Positions 25,484 through 39,904 of a stretch of 64,000 nt of DNA are shown here, piece after piece. Numbering within the stretch: the first letter of the stretch is position 1; each line of letters begins with the position of its first letter. The stretch spans positions 301,258,001 to 301,322,000 of the forward strand of contig NW_027362772.1 of assembly GCF_046119375.1 (NCBI RefSeq), read 5' to 3'. The position numbers and the translations under genes were made by a program. Source of the stretch: Phyllobates terribilis. Its lineage: Eukaryota. The notes beneath the pieces were generated by a model. It worked only from the letters and a program-made list of their open reading frames with translations. It searched no databases and was not told the DNA's origin.

Positions 25484-27059
25484 TCTATATATATATAATC
25501 GTCTTATCCCGTCTGTCTGTCTGTCCTGGAAATCCCGCGTCGCTCATTGGTCCAGCAGCGGCCAATCAGCGCCGCGGGATTTCTGAAAAAAGATGGCGGC
25601 CGTTAGCGGCTCATCTGCGTGACGGAGCTCAGCGGCGATGCAGCCGGGAGATGACCGGCGCGAGGCGCTCATCTCCCGACCGCCGGCGACGCTGACCTCC
25701 ATGCGGCCAGGGTGACAAGGGAGGACCGGGGAGCGGCGCTGCAGGGTGGGATACTTCTGTTGCGAGCGCCCGTGCATGTCCCGGGTTCTCGCAGCGGAAG
25801 TAGCCGTACAGGCAGCGGCGCTGACATCCATGCAGCTAGGGTGTCAAGGGAGGACCGGGGAGCGGCGCTGGATACTTCTGCTGCGAGCAGTCGCTCATGT
25901 CCCGGGTTCTCGCAGCGGAAGTAGCCGCACAGGCAGCGGCGCTCCCTGGTCCTCACCAATACGATTCGATGATTGGTCGCGATCTCTCGCCGCGACCAAT
26001 CACTGATCTTGGACCAAAAGTTAAACACCGCTGTGCTGACTGGTCGCGGCCTCTGCCCGCGACCAATCACCGATTTGGGCGCCACATTTAAATAGCGGAC
26101 GCAACCAATCACCGATCTTGGCGCCACATTTAAACACCGCTGTGCTGATTGGTCGCGGACGCTGCCCGATCAGCACAGCGGTGTTTAAATGTGGCGCCAA
26201 GATCGGTGATTGGTCGCGGACGCTATTTAAATGTGGCGCCCAAATCAGCGATTTTGAACACAAATGTCAGGACCATAGTAACACCATGCGGCTACTGTCG
26301 GGAGATCAGCGGCTAGGGTGTCAAGGAAGGACCGGGGAGCGGCGCTGCAGGGCGGGATACTTCTGCTGCGAGCAGTCGCTCATGTCCCGGCTTCTCGCAG
26401 CGGCAGTAGCCGCACAGACAGTGGCGCTCCCCGGTCCTCACCAATACGATTCGCTAATTGGTCGCGGTCTCCGCACCCGACCAATCAGTGATCTTGGCGC
26501 TAAAGTTAAACACCGCTGTGCTGATTGGTTGCGGCCGCTGCCCACGACCAATCAGCGAGACTGGCGCCTAATTTAAACAGCGCTATGATCTCCTGACGGC
26601 AAGTGTGACCGGGGAGCGGCGCCGCCGGTCGGGATGCTTCTGCTGCGAGCAGCCGCTCATCTCCCAGCTGCTCGCAGCGGAAGTACCCGCACAGGCAGCG
26701 CCGCTCCCCGGTCCTCAATAATACGACGCCGATTGGTTGCGGCCGCCACCAATCATCGATATGGGCGGCATATTTAAACCCCGCTCTGCTGATTGGTCAC
26801 GGTTACCGGTCGCAAATAATCAGCATTATTGGCGCCAAATTTATACACCGCTCCGCTGATTAGTCGCGACCGCCGGCCGTGACCAATCTGCGATATAGGC
26901 GCCAAATTTTAACACCGTTTTGCTGATTGGTCGCGGTTGCCGGCCTCGACCAATCAGCGATTTGGGCCCCAAATTTAAACACCGCTCTGCTGATTGCGCC
27001 CGGTCGGCCGCATACATATTCTAGAATACCCGATGCGCTAGAATCGGGCCACCATCTAG
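25484..27059 (+). mobile_element. Non-autonomous Helitron
   Basis: 5' A|TCTATATAT..., 3' ...CCATCTAG|T (AT target, no TSD). Subterminal hairpin CCCGAT-N8-ATCGGG at 27029-27048. Confidence 0.88.
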
Positions 27060-28540
27060 TATTCCTATAAATGCTTTCTTGCCCAGTGTATGTTCTCCCC
27101 GTGTTTGTTTCCTCCCACACTCCAAAGACTTAGTGATAGGGAAGGATGATTGTGAGCCCCAATGGGGACAGCGGTGATGAATAGGATAGCGCTATATAAG
27201 CAATGCAAAATAATAATAATGTAACTGGGCCGTTACTGATCTCAGCCGCTCCTCCTATAACACTTCTGCACCCTAATACGGTCCGTAAGCACCAAGTAAA
27301 AAGGCCCATAACCCTGGAACCGTATTTATAAAAAGCCGAGTACACTGGGGAACAGTGGGAATAAAACTAAAAACTGGTCTCTTGACCTGCAGACAGATGA
27401 CTTTTTTTTTTTTTTTAGATTCGCTTTAAAACTGCAGCTATGGTAACAATATTTAATTATTATGGTAATGCAGAATATATGACCATTATAGATTATAGTA
27501 CTGACAAACTTTTGTTTTTTTGAAGATTCTTGTTGATCAATTTGGAAAAGCTTTTATTACTTAAACTGGGTTAATGCCCCGTACAGTATCTATTAAATAT
27601 AATATACGACCTTAGATGTTCCTGCCCTGATGATGACTTACTATGGCCTCCGTCACCGCCATCTTGGTACTCCTGTAGAGCCCAGCTAGGAGCTTTTCAC
27701 AATATACTGCCATATGTGAATACAGTACAAGTGACTAATCGCAAGATCAAAATATAAAATTTAACCTATTTAGGTAAAAACCATAGTGAAAGCGACAAAA
27801 AAACAACTTTTTTGGGGGGTCACTGAACTTTTTGACTTAAAAAAAAAACAAAACTTCTGGATCTCTAAATGCTACAAATGAAAGTCACAACACAAAAAAA
27901 AAGTAAAAATAAAGTGTTAAAAGTTCTAGGAAAATGACAAAACTTTTTTTTTTTTTTTTTTTTTTTTAAATTTCATTATCTCTCCTTAAACACGGACGGC
28001 TGGAGATGGCCGGGTGGGCACTTCTGACGTCTGAGGAGTTTGGGGGGGGAGAAGTAGATTGATGTACATGGCTGGAGCCTAAGATCGGTGCACGCAGGGT
28101 GGGAAGAGCTTCTGAAAACCTGTTACGGGGGACGCGATGAGCAAAGAGCGCAAAACTGTTAGATACGAGACTGATATCAATCACTGAAAATGCAACAATG
28201 GCGGCTGCGGAGTCCGGGAGTAAGGGGGGCTCCAATGTTCTCACATGGAAATAATGAACCACGTTACACACGTGGTCAAAATTGTTGGTGCCCCTCGTTT
28301 AATGAAAGAAAAACCCCACAATGGTCACAGAAATAACTTGAATCTGACAAAAGTAATAATAAATTAAAAATCTATGAAAATGAACAGATGAAAGTCAGAC
28401 AGAATAAAAAAAAAATTAATCTGATGAATCGGCCTGGACAGAAATGATGGGACCCCTGAAAATAATGTGACAAAAGGGACATGTTAAATCAAGTTATGTC
28501 CACTAATTATCATCACAGGTGTCTACAATCTTGTAATCAG

Positions 28541-29735
28541 TCACTGTGCTGTATATAGAGCTACAGATACTCACTGTGCCTGTATATAGGGCTACAGATA
28601 CTCACTGTGCTGTATATAGAGCTACAGATACTCACTGTGCCTGTATATAGGGCTACAGATACTCACTGTGCCTGTATATAGGGCTACAGATACTCACTGT
28701 GCTGTATATAGAGCTACAGATACTCACTGTGCCTGTATATAGAGCTACAGATACTCACTGTGCCTGTATATAGAGCTACAGATACTCACTGTGCTGTATA
28801 TAGGGCTACAGATACTCACTGTGCCTGTATATAGGGCTACAGATACTCACTGTGCTGTATATAGGACTACAGATACTCACTGTGCTGTATATAGGACTAC
28901 AGATACTCACTGTGCTGTATATAGAGCTACAGATACTCACTGTGCTGTATATAGAGCTACAGATACTCACTGTGCTGTATATAGAGCTACAGATACTCAC
29001 TGTGCTGTATATAGAGCTACAGATACTCACTGTGCCTGTATATAGAGCTACAGATACTCACTGTGCCTGTATATAGGGCTACAGATACTCACTGTGCTGT
29101 ATATAGGGCTACAGATACTCACTGTGCCTGTATATAGAGCTACAGATACTCACTGTGCCTGTATATAGGGCTACAGATACTCACTGTGCCTGTATATAGG
29201 ACTACAGATACTCACTGTGCCTGTATATAGAGCTACAGATACTCACTGTGCCTGTATATAGGGCTACAGATACTCACTGTGCCTGTATATAGAGCTACAG
29301 ATACTCACTGTGCCTGTATATAGAGCTACAGATACTCACTGTGCCTGTATATAGGGCTACAGATACTCACTGTGCCTGTATATAGGGCTACAGATACTCA
29401 CTGTGCCTGTATATAGGGCTACAGATACTCACTGTGCTGTATATAGAGCTACAGATACTCACTGTGCTGTATATAGGGCTACAGATACTCACTGTGCTGT
29501 ATATAGAGCTACAGATACTCACTGTGCTGTATATAGGGCTACAGATACTCACTGTGCTGTATATAGAGCTACAGATACTCACTGTGCTGTATATAGAGCT
29601 ACAGATACTCACTGTGCCTGTATATAGGGCTACAGATACTCACTGTGCTGTATATAGAGCTACAGATACTCACTGTGCTGTATATAGAGCTACAGATACT
29701 CACTGTGCTGTATATAGGGCTACAGATACTCAGTG
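28541..29735. repeat. 28/29-bp minisatellite (CTCACTGTGC[C]TGTATATAGRGCTACAGATA), ~41 copies, inside the Tc1 5' region
   Basis: Direct reading; lies between the left TIR and the transposase ATG. Confidence 0.95.
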
Positions 29736-29768
29736 TTGTTTGGTGACATGGTGTGTACCACACTCAAC

Positions 29769-30801
<1,033 letters not shown>

Positions 30802-31804
30802 GTTAAGAAGAAGAACCATCATTTCATGAGTTTAATTTTTGTTCATTTTCATAGATTTTTAATTTATTATTACTTTTGTCAGATTCAAGTTATTTCTGTG
30901 ACCATTGTGGGTTTTTCTTTCATTAAACGAGGGGTACCAACAATTTTGACCACGTGTGTGTATATAGGTTGAAAAAAAAAAAAAAAAAAATAAGACTCCG
31001 GTCCGTCAAGTTCAACCTTCCTCCACCAATTATACTTTGTCACTAATTTACCTATAACCCACAATGTTATATGTAGTGATGAAATCACCCAGCCCCTGTA
31101 TAAAAGCCATCAGTGGTCGGCTTCACACAGTCTGACTATAAAGAGCCCTCCACGTTCACACGGGGGTTGTGCATACACTTGGTGTTATTATGCTCTTTAG
31201 CTTGGTATCTGATTGTCCCTAGCAGCCTTTTGGTGTAAGGTTTGTGTTAGTCCTCAGCACTTACTGTTTCAGGTCTTATTCGTTCGTCCCTCATCAATAC
31301 AAGTCTATAACCTAATCCAGCAATTACAAAGTTTTACCGTCTGGTTTAGAGAAATAAAACCGCAGTTGAATAGCAATAATAGAAGTTGCAGGACACAGGC
31401 CGCCAGCAGTGGCCCCGGCCGGGTATGTGGCCCCGGCCGGGGCTGTGGCCCTTCCTTACTGCTACAAAACAGCTGTGCTCCGGCCATTCTTCTGCTTACA
31501 TGTATTTATACTCAGTGCTTTTCCTCATTTAATTATCATATATTACAAGAAACAATACATCAGTCCAATACAAAGCCATGTACAATAAGGAGACAGATCC
31601 GGGGGCTTCATCCTGCAGATTCTGTACGAGTGATGGCCGAGTCCTTAATGCCGATCAGCACAGGGGGGTGAACTGCTGGAATATTAATCCCCCCCATCAC
31701 CCGGTCCGCCATAGAGCGGGCGCTGCTTCAGATACCACCGGGTAAGTGACGTTCATAAGTCCACAGCACTGGCATCTGGGGTAGATTTGGTCTCCACAAG
31801 GCCG

Positions 31805-34800
31805 TCAGGTGCTTTTTTGTGCTCTTTCTTCTACATAAAGCTGCATCTATAAAACAAGAGACAATGTGAAAAGTGCAGTTGTATCATTCTTTTTCCTTTG
31901 CAATCATTTATCCACCACTAGAGGGCGCTCACTGTACAAGTCTGTATATTACCAGCTCCCCCTAGTGGTGGCTGCTGGCACACACAACTCTCAGGACTGA
32001 AGGCCGGGAAGGCGGACGTCTCACAGTACACAGCTTTACCCCTAAGGAAGGAGGAAGATAAAAGTCTGGCTCTTTAGGAACTTGTTGCCCAAACTTTTAA
32101 GATTTTACTTACTTTTCCGTCCCATCAGTAGTAATAGGAGGGGAGAAGACGGCTCCCTGTACCCTCATCACTGTGAAGTCCGTGCCCAAATACAGCTCAG
32201 GATAGCAAGGGGAAGAGTTAAAGGGGTTTTCCATAATAAGAAATTTTAATTTTTTTTTGTAAAGGTGGGAAAAGGAAAAAAAATACAATATGGTGGTCCT
32301 CGCTTCCTTCCTTCCATCTCATCGTGTGCAGTTTATCCATGTGACCGCTGGGGTCAATCAATGGCCTCCGCCGTCCAGAGCTGTATGTGGCTCCCACGGC
32401 AGTGTCCTTCTATACTGAAAAGTTACTGCCCGTTCTTTCTATAGCGCCGACACACTCCGCGGCGCTGTACAGAGACGGTCACCGTGTACCGGAGCCCCCT
32501 TTTTCAGCACAGGAACATTTCTTAGCTATAGAGATGTTTTTGCGGAGCCCGGGGGCTGCACCGTGTATCGTGTGCGGAGCTACTCACTTTTAATATGTCG
32601 GAGGTCATCGTCTTGAGAGGTATGAGGCGCGGCTCCTGCATGTGGACATCCTGCTCATCAGCGAGAATCCAGGGGAAATCCTGGGGAGGAAGGAGAACGC
32701 CACAAATATACACTGCAGCCATGATGCCCGTCCTCCCGAGGCCTGCAAGCTCCGCGGATCGACGGCATCCGTCCTCCCGAGGCCTGCAAGCTCCGCGGAT
32801 CGACGGCATCCGTCCTCCCGAGGCCTGCGCGCTCGAGGCGAGAGGGTCTGCGGATCGACGGCGTCCGTCCTCCCGGCCTGCGCGCTCCATGCGAGAGGGT
32901 CAGCGGATCGACGGCGTCCGTCCTCCCGAGGCCTGCGCGCTCGAGGCGAGAGGGTCTGCGGATCGACGGCGTCCGTCCTCCCGGCCTGCGCGCTCGAGGC
33001 GAGAGGGTCTGCGGATCGACGGCGTCAGTCCTCCTGAGGCCTGCGCGCTCGAGGCGAGAGGGTCTGCGGATCGACGGCGTCAGTCCTCCTGAGGCCTGCG
33101 TGCTCGAGGCGAGAGGGTCTGCGGATCGACGGCGTCCGTCCTCCAGAGGCCTGCGCGCTCGAGGCGAGAGGGTCAGCGGATCGACGGCATCCGTCCTCCC
33201 GAGGCCTGCGCGCTCGAGGGTCTGCGGATCGACGGCGTCCGTCCTCCCGGCCTGCGCGCTCGAGGCGAGAGGGTCTGCGGATCGACGGCGTCAGTCCTCC
33301 TGAGGCCTGCGCGCTCGAGGCGAGAGGGTCTGCGGATCGACGGCGTCCGTCCTCCCGAGGCCTGCGCGCTCCAGGCGAGAGGGTCAGCGGATCGACGGCG
33401 TCCGTCCTCCCGAGGCCTGTGCGCTCCAGGCGAGAGAGTCAGCGGATCGCACACTGTCATTTTCCTGTATGTTCACTTTGGGACTAGTTACATGCCAAAG
33501 AATTACAGGAGCATGTGGTAGTAGATTAAAAATTACTTACTTGCACCGTAAAGCACCGATGTAATTTATATACAGTACAGTGGGGAAAATAAGTATTTGA
33601 TACACTGACAATTTTGTAAGTTTTCCCACCTACAAAGAATGGAGAGATCAGTAATTTTTATCGTAGGTCACTTTACCTGTGAGAGACAGAAACTAAAAAT
33701 AAAATCCAGAGAATCACATTGTAGGATTTTTACATAATTCATTTGCATTTTATTGCATGAAATAAGTATTTGATACAATAGAAAAACAGAACTTAATATT
33801 TGGTCCAGAAACCTTTGTTTGCAATTACAGAGGTCAGACGTTTCCTGTAGTTCTTGACCAGGTTTGCACACACTGCAGCAGGGATTTTGGCCCCCTCCTC
33901 CATACAGATCTTCTCCAGGTCTTTCGGGTTTTGGGGCTGTCGCTGGGCAACATTGAGTTTCAGCTCCTCCAAAGATTTTCTATTGGGTTCAGGGCTAGAG
34001 ACAGGCTAGGCCACTCCAGTACCTTGAAATGCTTCTTACGGAGCCCCTCCTTAGTTGCCTTGGTTGTGTGTTTCGGGTCATTGTCATGTTGGAAGACCCA
34101 GAAACGACCCAACTTCAATGCTCTTACTGAGGGAAGGAGGTTGCTGGCCAAAATCTCACAATACATGACTCCATCCCTCCTCCCTTCAATATAGTGCAGT
34201 CGTCCTGTCCCCTTTGCCAAAAAGCACCCCCAAAGTATAATGTTTCTCCCACCATGCTTCATGGTTGGGACTGTGTTCTTGTGGTTGTACTCATCCTTCT
34301 TCCTCCAATCCCGGCGAGTGGTGTTGATACCAAAAAGTTCTATTTTGGTCTCATCTGACCACATGACCTTCTCCCATGTCCCCTCTGGATCATCCAGATG
34401 GTCATTGATGAACTTCAAACGGGCCTGGACATGTGCTGGCGTGAGCAGGGGGGCCTTGCGTACCCTGCAGGATTTTAATCCATGACGGCGTAGTGTGTTA
34501 CTAACGGTAATGTTTGAGACTGTGGTCCCAGCTCTTTTCAGGTCAGTGATCAGGTCCTCCTGTGTACTGGGCTGATTCCTGACCTTTCTCAGAATCATCC
34601 TTGCCCCACGAGGCGAGATCTTGCATGGAGCCCCAGACCGAGGAAGATTGACAGTCATCTTGTGTTTCTTCCATTTTCTAATAATTGCACCAACAGTTGT
34701 TGTCTTCTCACCAACCTGCTGCCTATTGTCCTGTAGCCCATCTCAGCCTTCTGCAGGTCTACAATTTTGTCCCTGGTGTCCTGAGACAGCTCTTTGGTCT

Positions 34801-37800
34801 TGGCCATGGTGGAGAGGTTGGAGTGTGATTGATTGTGTGCACAGGTGTCTTTTATACAGGTAATGAGTTCAAACAGGTGCAATTAACACAGGTAATGAGT
34901 GCAGAGTAAGATGGCTTCTTAAAGAAAAACTAACCTGTCTGTGAGAGCCAGAATTCTTGCTGGTTGGTAGGTGATCAAATACTTATTTCATGCAATAAAA
35001 TGCAATTTAATTATTTAAAAATCATACAATGTGATTTTCTGGTTTTTATTTTTAGATTCTGTCTCTCACAGGTGACGTGACCTACGATAAAAATTACAGA
35101 CCTCTCCATTCTATGTAGGTGGGAAAACTTGCAAAATCGGCCGTGTATCAAATACTTCTCTTCCCCAATGTAGGTGATGTCAAATAATCACATTTCCCCA
35201 GATGAGGGATTCCCAGGCCCAGCGTCCGTGTCGATGACCTGCGGCTGCAGGGCGGGAGCTCCGATAACGGCTTCCTACCCGACGGCATCTGCAGCTCTCC
35301 TGGTCCGGCCATCACCTAACCACAAGAGGAGCCACGGATGCGGTCGGGCAGGGGACGGTTCTCTGGGTTCCCGTCCTGCAGCCACAGATCAGTGACGCTG
35401 GACCGGGTCATGGGGATAGATTTGCACCAACTCTAATCCAGAGGGATGAAACTTCTGCACCGAACTACATTGCTGCGTTACCTTTATAACCTGGATCTTC
35501 TCCATGTTCCTCGTCGCCGCTTCTCTCGTGTGAACCAGTAAAGTGAACGTGCAGCCTGCAAATGGCAAGGAATTAGGATCAGGCCGAAGTGCCACAAACT
35601 ACGAGAAAGCGGAGGGACCATTATACTATACATATTAACCCCTTCCTATTGTGGCCATTTATCGCTTTTTTTTTGTGCCGTTTCTATCGATACTATTAAT
35701 TTTACCATATAATGTGCTGAAAATGGGAAAATCCCAAGTGCCCTGAAATAGTAAAAAAAAAAAAAAGTGACTTCTCCATTGCTTCTTGGGTTTATATGGA
35801 GTTCACTGTGCGGTAAAAATCCCATGGTAACGTTATCCTCCAGGTCGGTGGGATTACGGCGAAGCCAAAACGAAGACATTAAATTATTTTAGGTAGTAAA
35901 AACAAAAATCTGAGCTTGAAAAATGGCGACAAAAAATTTTTTGGTCCCATAACCCATTTTCCGTAGTACGTCATGGCTCAGTAAAATGTGAACAACCCCT
36001 TTAAGAGGCTCTCACACATCCTCAGTGATACCAGGTGGGCACCGCTATCTATATTCAGCATTACCGCCACCTAGTGGACGAGAAGTACCTGGCGGGTTGT
36101 TGTCCAGGACGGCATCGCAGACGCTGATCTTGAGAATGAACGCCCGCAGTAACTGCTCCACGTGAGTCAGCAGCGAGTCCGAGCTGTAAGGACACAAGAA
36201 GATAATGGGGGCGGCCATGAGCTCATACTGGCCCGAGCCACCAGGTAAGTATAAGACCCGACCGTCCCAAAGCGTCACTGCTGTCAATTACATCACGTCC
36301 TACGAGAAAATTGCTAGATAAGCAGTTGCCCTACAATGCAAAAATGGCTTCTGTAGTAAAGCTGTAGAGGAGACATTATGCTCAGCCAATCGCACGTAAT
36401 AATGTGACCAGTGTGAATTATGGCCACTGCCCAGATGTCAGCGATTGCCATACAAGCTGCATCTTACACAGTGGCTCCATTTTGTTCCCTTACCTGATGG
36501 ACAGCAGAGGCGGCTGCGCTATTTCAAACACAAATCTCTCCACCGGGTGGTGCTCTTTATCCAGAATCACGACCACAACCTTCTCCACATCGTTCTGCAA
36601 ATATATAAGAAATCATAAGGTCACAGGACGGGGGGGAAGAGGAAGAAGAAGAGCAGGTGACCAGAGGACGGGGGGAGAGGAAGAAGAAGAGCAGGTGACC
36701 AGAGGATGGGGGGAGAGGAAGAAGAAGAAGAGCAGGTGACCAGAGGACAGGGGGGAAAGAGGAAGAGCAGGTGACCAGAGGACGGGGGGAAAGAGGAAGA
36801 AAAAGAGCAGGTGACCGGAGGACGGGGGGGGGGGGGGGGGAGAGGAAGAAGAGCAGGTGACCAGAGGACGGGGGGGGGAGAGGAAGAAGAGCAGGTGACC
36901 AGAGGACGGGGGGAGAGGAAGAAGAAGAGCAGGTGACCAGAAGATGGAGGGGGGGGGGGGGGGGGACAGGTGACCAGAGGACGGGGGGAGAGGAAGAAGA
37001 AGAGCAGGTGACCAGAGGACAGGGGGAGAGGAAGAAGAAGAGCAGGTGACCAGAAGATGGGGGGGGGGGGGGGGAGCAGGTGACCAGAGGACGGGGGGAG
37101 AGGAAGAAGAAGAGCAGGTGACCAGAGGACGGGGGGAGGGGAAGAAGAAGAGCAGGTGACCAGAGGACGGGGGGAGAGGAAGAAGAAGAGCAGGTGACCA
37201 GAGGACGGGGGGAGAAGAAGAAGAAGAGCAGGTGACCAGAGGACGGGGGGAGAGGAAGAAGAAGAGCAGGTGACCAGAGGATGGTGGGGAAGAGGAAGAA
37301 GAAGAGCAGGTGACCAGAGGACGGTGGGGAAGAGGAAGAAGAAGAGCAGGTGACCAGAGGACGGGGGGAGAAGAGCAGGTGACCACAGACCGCCCCTGGG
37401 AATCGGGACACCGCACGTCCTCACCTTCTCTATGAGCGGCTTCACGCAGTGCAGGGTGTCCTGGATGTAGCGGTTCAGCTCAGGGTGACACGACATCTGC
37501 AGCGGGAAAATATATTAGACAAATGCATACATTTCATTTTCCTCTTACCCATCAGCTCTGCTTCTGGGAAGAGAAGTGCAGCAGGAAAGGGGAGGGCGGC
37601 TGAGCGGAATATTGCCGGCTGTAAGGTCAATGTCACAGCACCTCGTGAGCCGCAGAATACCCATGACCCCCACAGGAGCAGGTACCTGCACTGGGACATT
37701 GTACTTCTTCCTCTTCTGGAAGATCCCGATGGGATAGACTTCTCTGACGTACAGGATTAGATGGACGGCCACCTCCAGAAACTCGCACAATATGTCAGCC

Positions 37801-39424
37801 ACCACTGGGGAGAGCAGCAATGAATGGGTTAATATTTACCATTATACCCAGAATTTAACCCTATAATCCCCACCCAGAGTACGGAATAGCAAATTGGCTT
37901 AGAGCTACCACTGACCCTAAAGCTTCGGGGCATTTATAAGACGCCCTTACCACAAGAGTACGCTGTGTTATACAACCAGCACATACTTCTAACAGCAGCG
38001 GCCGGAGCGAGCGCTGATCAAGACCCCCACGCTGACATTGCTGGGACAGCAGGTCTGGTGAACGCAGCACCTCGGATAGAGCTGCAGTGCGGCGGCTTCT
38101 TCATGTCTTGGATTCTAGGGGCGTCTTTACACTGGGATGCTACTTTTTCTACTTCTGAATTGCTAGAACAGACCCAGTGCAGGAGGGGAGTATAAGTCTG
38201 GGGTCACACGAGCGAATATTCTCCATCCAAGAGAATCGGCGTCATGATGCTAATCACACTGAGCAGAGCGCGGTCCGATTTTCTGAGATGAAAAGATGGA
38301 GAGAAAAATGTCTCCATCTTTTCCATTGTGTCAGTCCATGAAAATCGCACTGCACTCAGATTTCATCCGAGCGCAGTCTATGGTTTCCCATGCACTCACT
38401 GACATGCATGGCCGATCCCATTATCTGATGAAACTCAGGCATAAAGCAATGTTTCCTCGGATCATCTCTGTGCAGAGCGCCATAGAATAACGCTGGTCCA
38501 GGTGCAATCCGGTGTTCTGCCAGATCGCACTCGTACCAAAAATACGGCCGTCTGTATGAGCCCTAAGGATGCTCTAATGTACACTGGAAAACTGCGCTCC
38601 CCACAGGTAGAAGATGGAATAAAATCGCAGGAAGAGGAGGCATCAGACCCGGCCTCACAGACCACCCACGCGTCCCGCTCCGACCCACCCTGACCCTCCT
38701 GTTCACGACCTCACCTCACCACCCTCCCGTTTCCGCATCCTGCACAGACCCGCCCTCGCGTCCCCACCCTCAAATCCCGCACTGACCCACCCTCGCAGAC
38801 CCGACCTCGCACCCAGCACCGACCCACCCTCACATCCCTCACAGACCCGACCTCGCACCCAGCACCGACCCACCCTCACATCCCACCACTGTGCCCCACA
38901 CCAACCTGCACCGACCCACCTTCACAGACCCGCCCTTGCGTCCCCACCCTCAAATCATGCACTAACCCACCCTCGCAGACCCGCCCCAACCCGCCCTTAC
39001 ACCCAGCACCAACCCACCCTCACATCCCTCACGGTCCCGCCCTCACATCCTGCACCGACCCACCCTCACGGTCCCGCCCTCACAGACCCGACCTCGCACC
39101 TAGCACCGACCCACTGTCACGGTCCCACCCTCACATCCCGCCACTGTGCCCCACACCAACTTGCACCGAGCCACCTTCACAGACCCGCCCTCACGGTCCC
39201 GCCTCACATCCCACACCAACCCACCCTCGTATCCCGCACTGACCCACCCTCACATCCCACACCAACCTGAACCGACCCACCCTCACGGATCCGCCCTCAA
39301 GGACCCGCACTGCCCTCATGGACCCACCCTCACAGATTCGCCCTCGCATCCTGACTGACCCACACCGACCCACCCGGCACTTACCCTGCGCGAAGTTCAG
39401 GTCCTGCCGTGTGATTGTCGTCAT
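31805..39424 (-). CDS. mad2l2: MAD2L2/REV7 HORMA-domain protein, 211 aa. Coding exons 39424-39385, 37804-37686, 37496-37425, 36594-36494, 36183-36089, 35555-35482, 32680-32588, 31846-31805
   Basis: [211 protein letters not shown]. All introns GT-AG and in frame; length equals human REV7. Confidence 0.98.
32728..33449. repeat. CpG-rich ~55-bp minisatellite, ~14 copies, mad2l2 intron
   Basis: GCGGATCGACGGCGTCCGTCCTCCCGAGGCCTGCGCGCTCGAGGCGAGAGGGTCT recurs with length variants. Confidence 0.93.
33578..35170 (-). mobile_element. Tc1/mariner element (~1.6 kb, IR/DR-type TIRs) in a mad2l2 intron; transposase 34807-33793 frameshifted
   Basis: TA|CAGTGGGGAAAATAAGTATTTGATACAC ... GTGTATCAAATACTTCTCTTCCCCAATG|TA; inner AAGTATTTGATAC direct repeat. 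ORFs read [45 protein letters not shown]. Confidence 0.93.
36623..37386. repeat. ~38-bp purine/pyrimidine-skewed minisatellite (GAGGACGGGGGGAGAGGAAGAAGAAGAGCAGGTGACCA), ~20 copies, filling a mad2l2 intron
   Basis: Direct reading; source of the Pro/Ser/Leu-rich ORFs in the track. Confidence 0.93.
38200..38566. mobile_element. Harbinger-like MITE in a mad2l2 intron
   Basis: Imperfect TIRs GGGTCACACG... / ...CGTCTGTATGAGCCC followed by TAA. Confidence 0.5.
38690..39375. repeat. Degenerate C-rich repeat (GACCCACCCTCACA-like); G-rich on the mad2l2 sense strand
   Basis: Low-complexity CCCACCCTC/CCGACC motifs throughout. Confidence 0.8.
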
Positions 39425-39699
39425 TGTTCCATCTGTGGAGTAAAGGTTCACACGTTACCGAGGACACACTGCTGTCAGTGACAATGGAGGAGCCTGTGTG
39501 TACAATAGCCGCACAGCCCAGCAGAGGGCAGCACTGCTCTACCCCTGATTATTCCCATGTGTTCTCCTGGATAGACCAGTAAGGACACTGGCGCCAGAGC
39601 GCACAGACACTGCCCCCCTGTATACGGACCTGTGCGCCCCCGACACCGGCTGCGACCACCGCCTCCTCCTCCTGAACAACAGAAACCTGGTCGCATAAG

Positions 39700-39830
39700 T
39701 GACGTCACTCACAAGCCCCGCCCCCTGTCACGCCTTAGTCTCACCTCCTTCTCCCGCAGGTCCTAGCGCCGCTGTCCGAACAGAATGGAGCAGCTGGCGG
39801 ATGTGTGCGCAGGCTGGGACTTGTAGTCCT
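39700..39830 (-). promoter_or_regulatory. Proximal mad2l2 promoter and probable non-coding first exon (donor after 39745)
   Basis: ZNF143/SBS-type ACTACAAGTCCCA (minus, 39827-39815), CRE TGACGTCA 39700-39707, GC box CCCCGCCCC ~39717, donor GAG|GTGAGA. Confidence 0.65.
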
Positions 39831-39904
39831 CTTGTGGAGCCGCACTGGGTGTGAACATGCTCCACTTTACATTATGATGCTGTATGAGGATGGAGAATGA
39901 GCCG

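Noticed and set aside
36557-37496. Pro/Ser/Leu-rich ORFs of 267-291 aa
   Set aside because: Read-through of a real mad2l2 exon into the intronic repeat; a canonical donor at 37424 restores the 211-aa protein.
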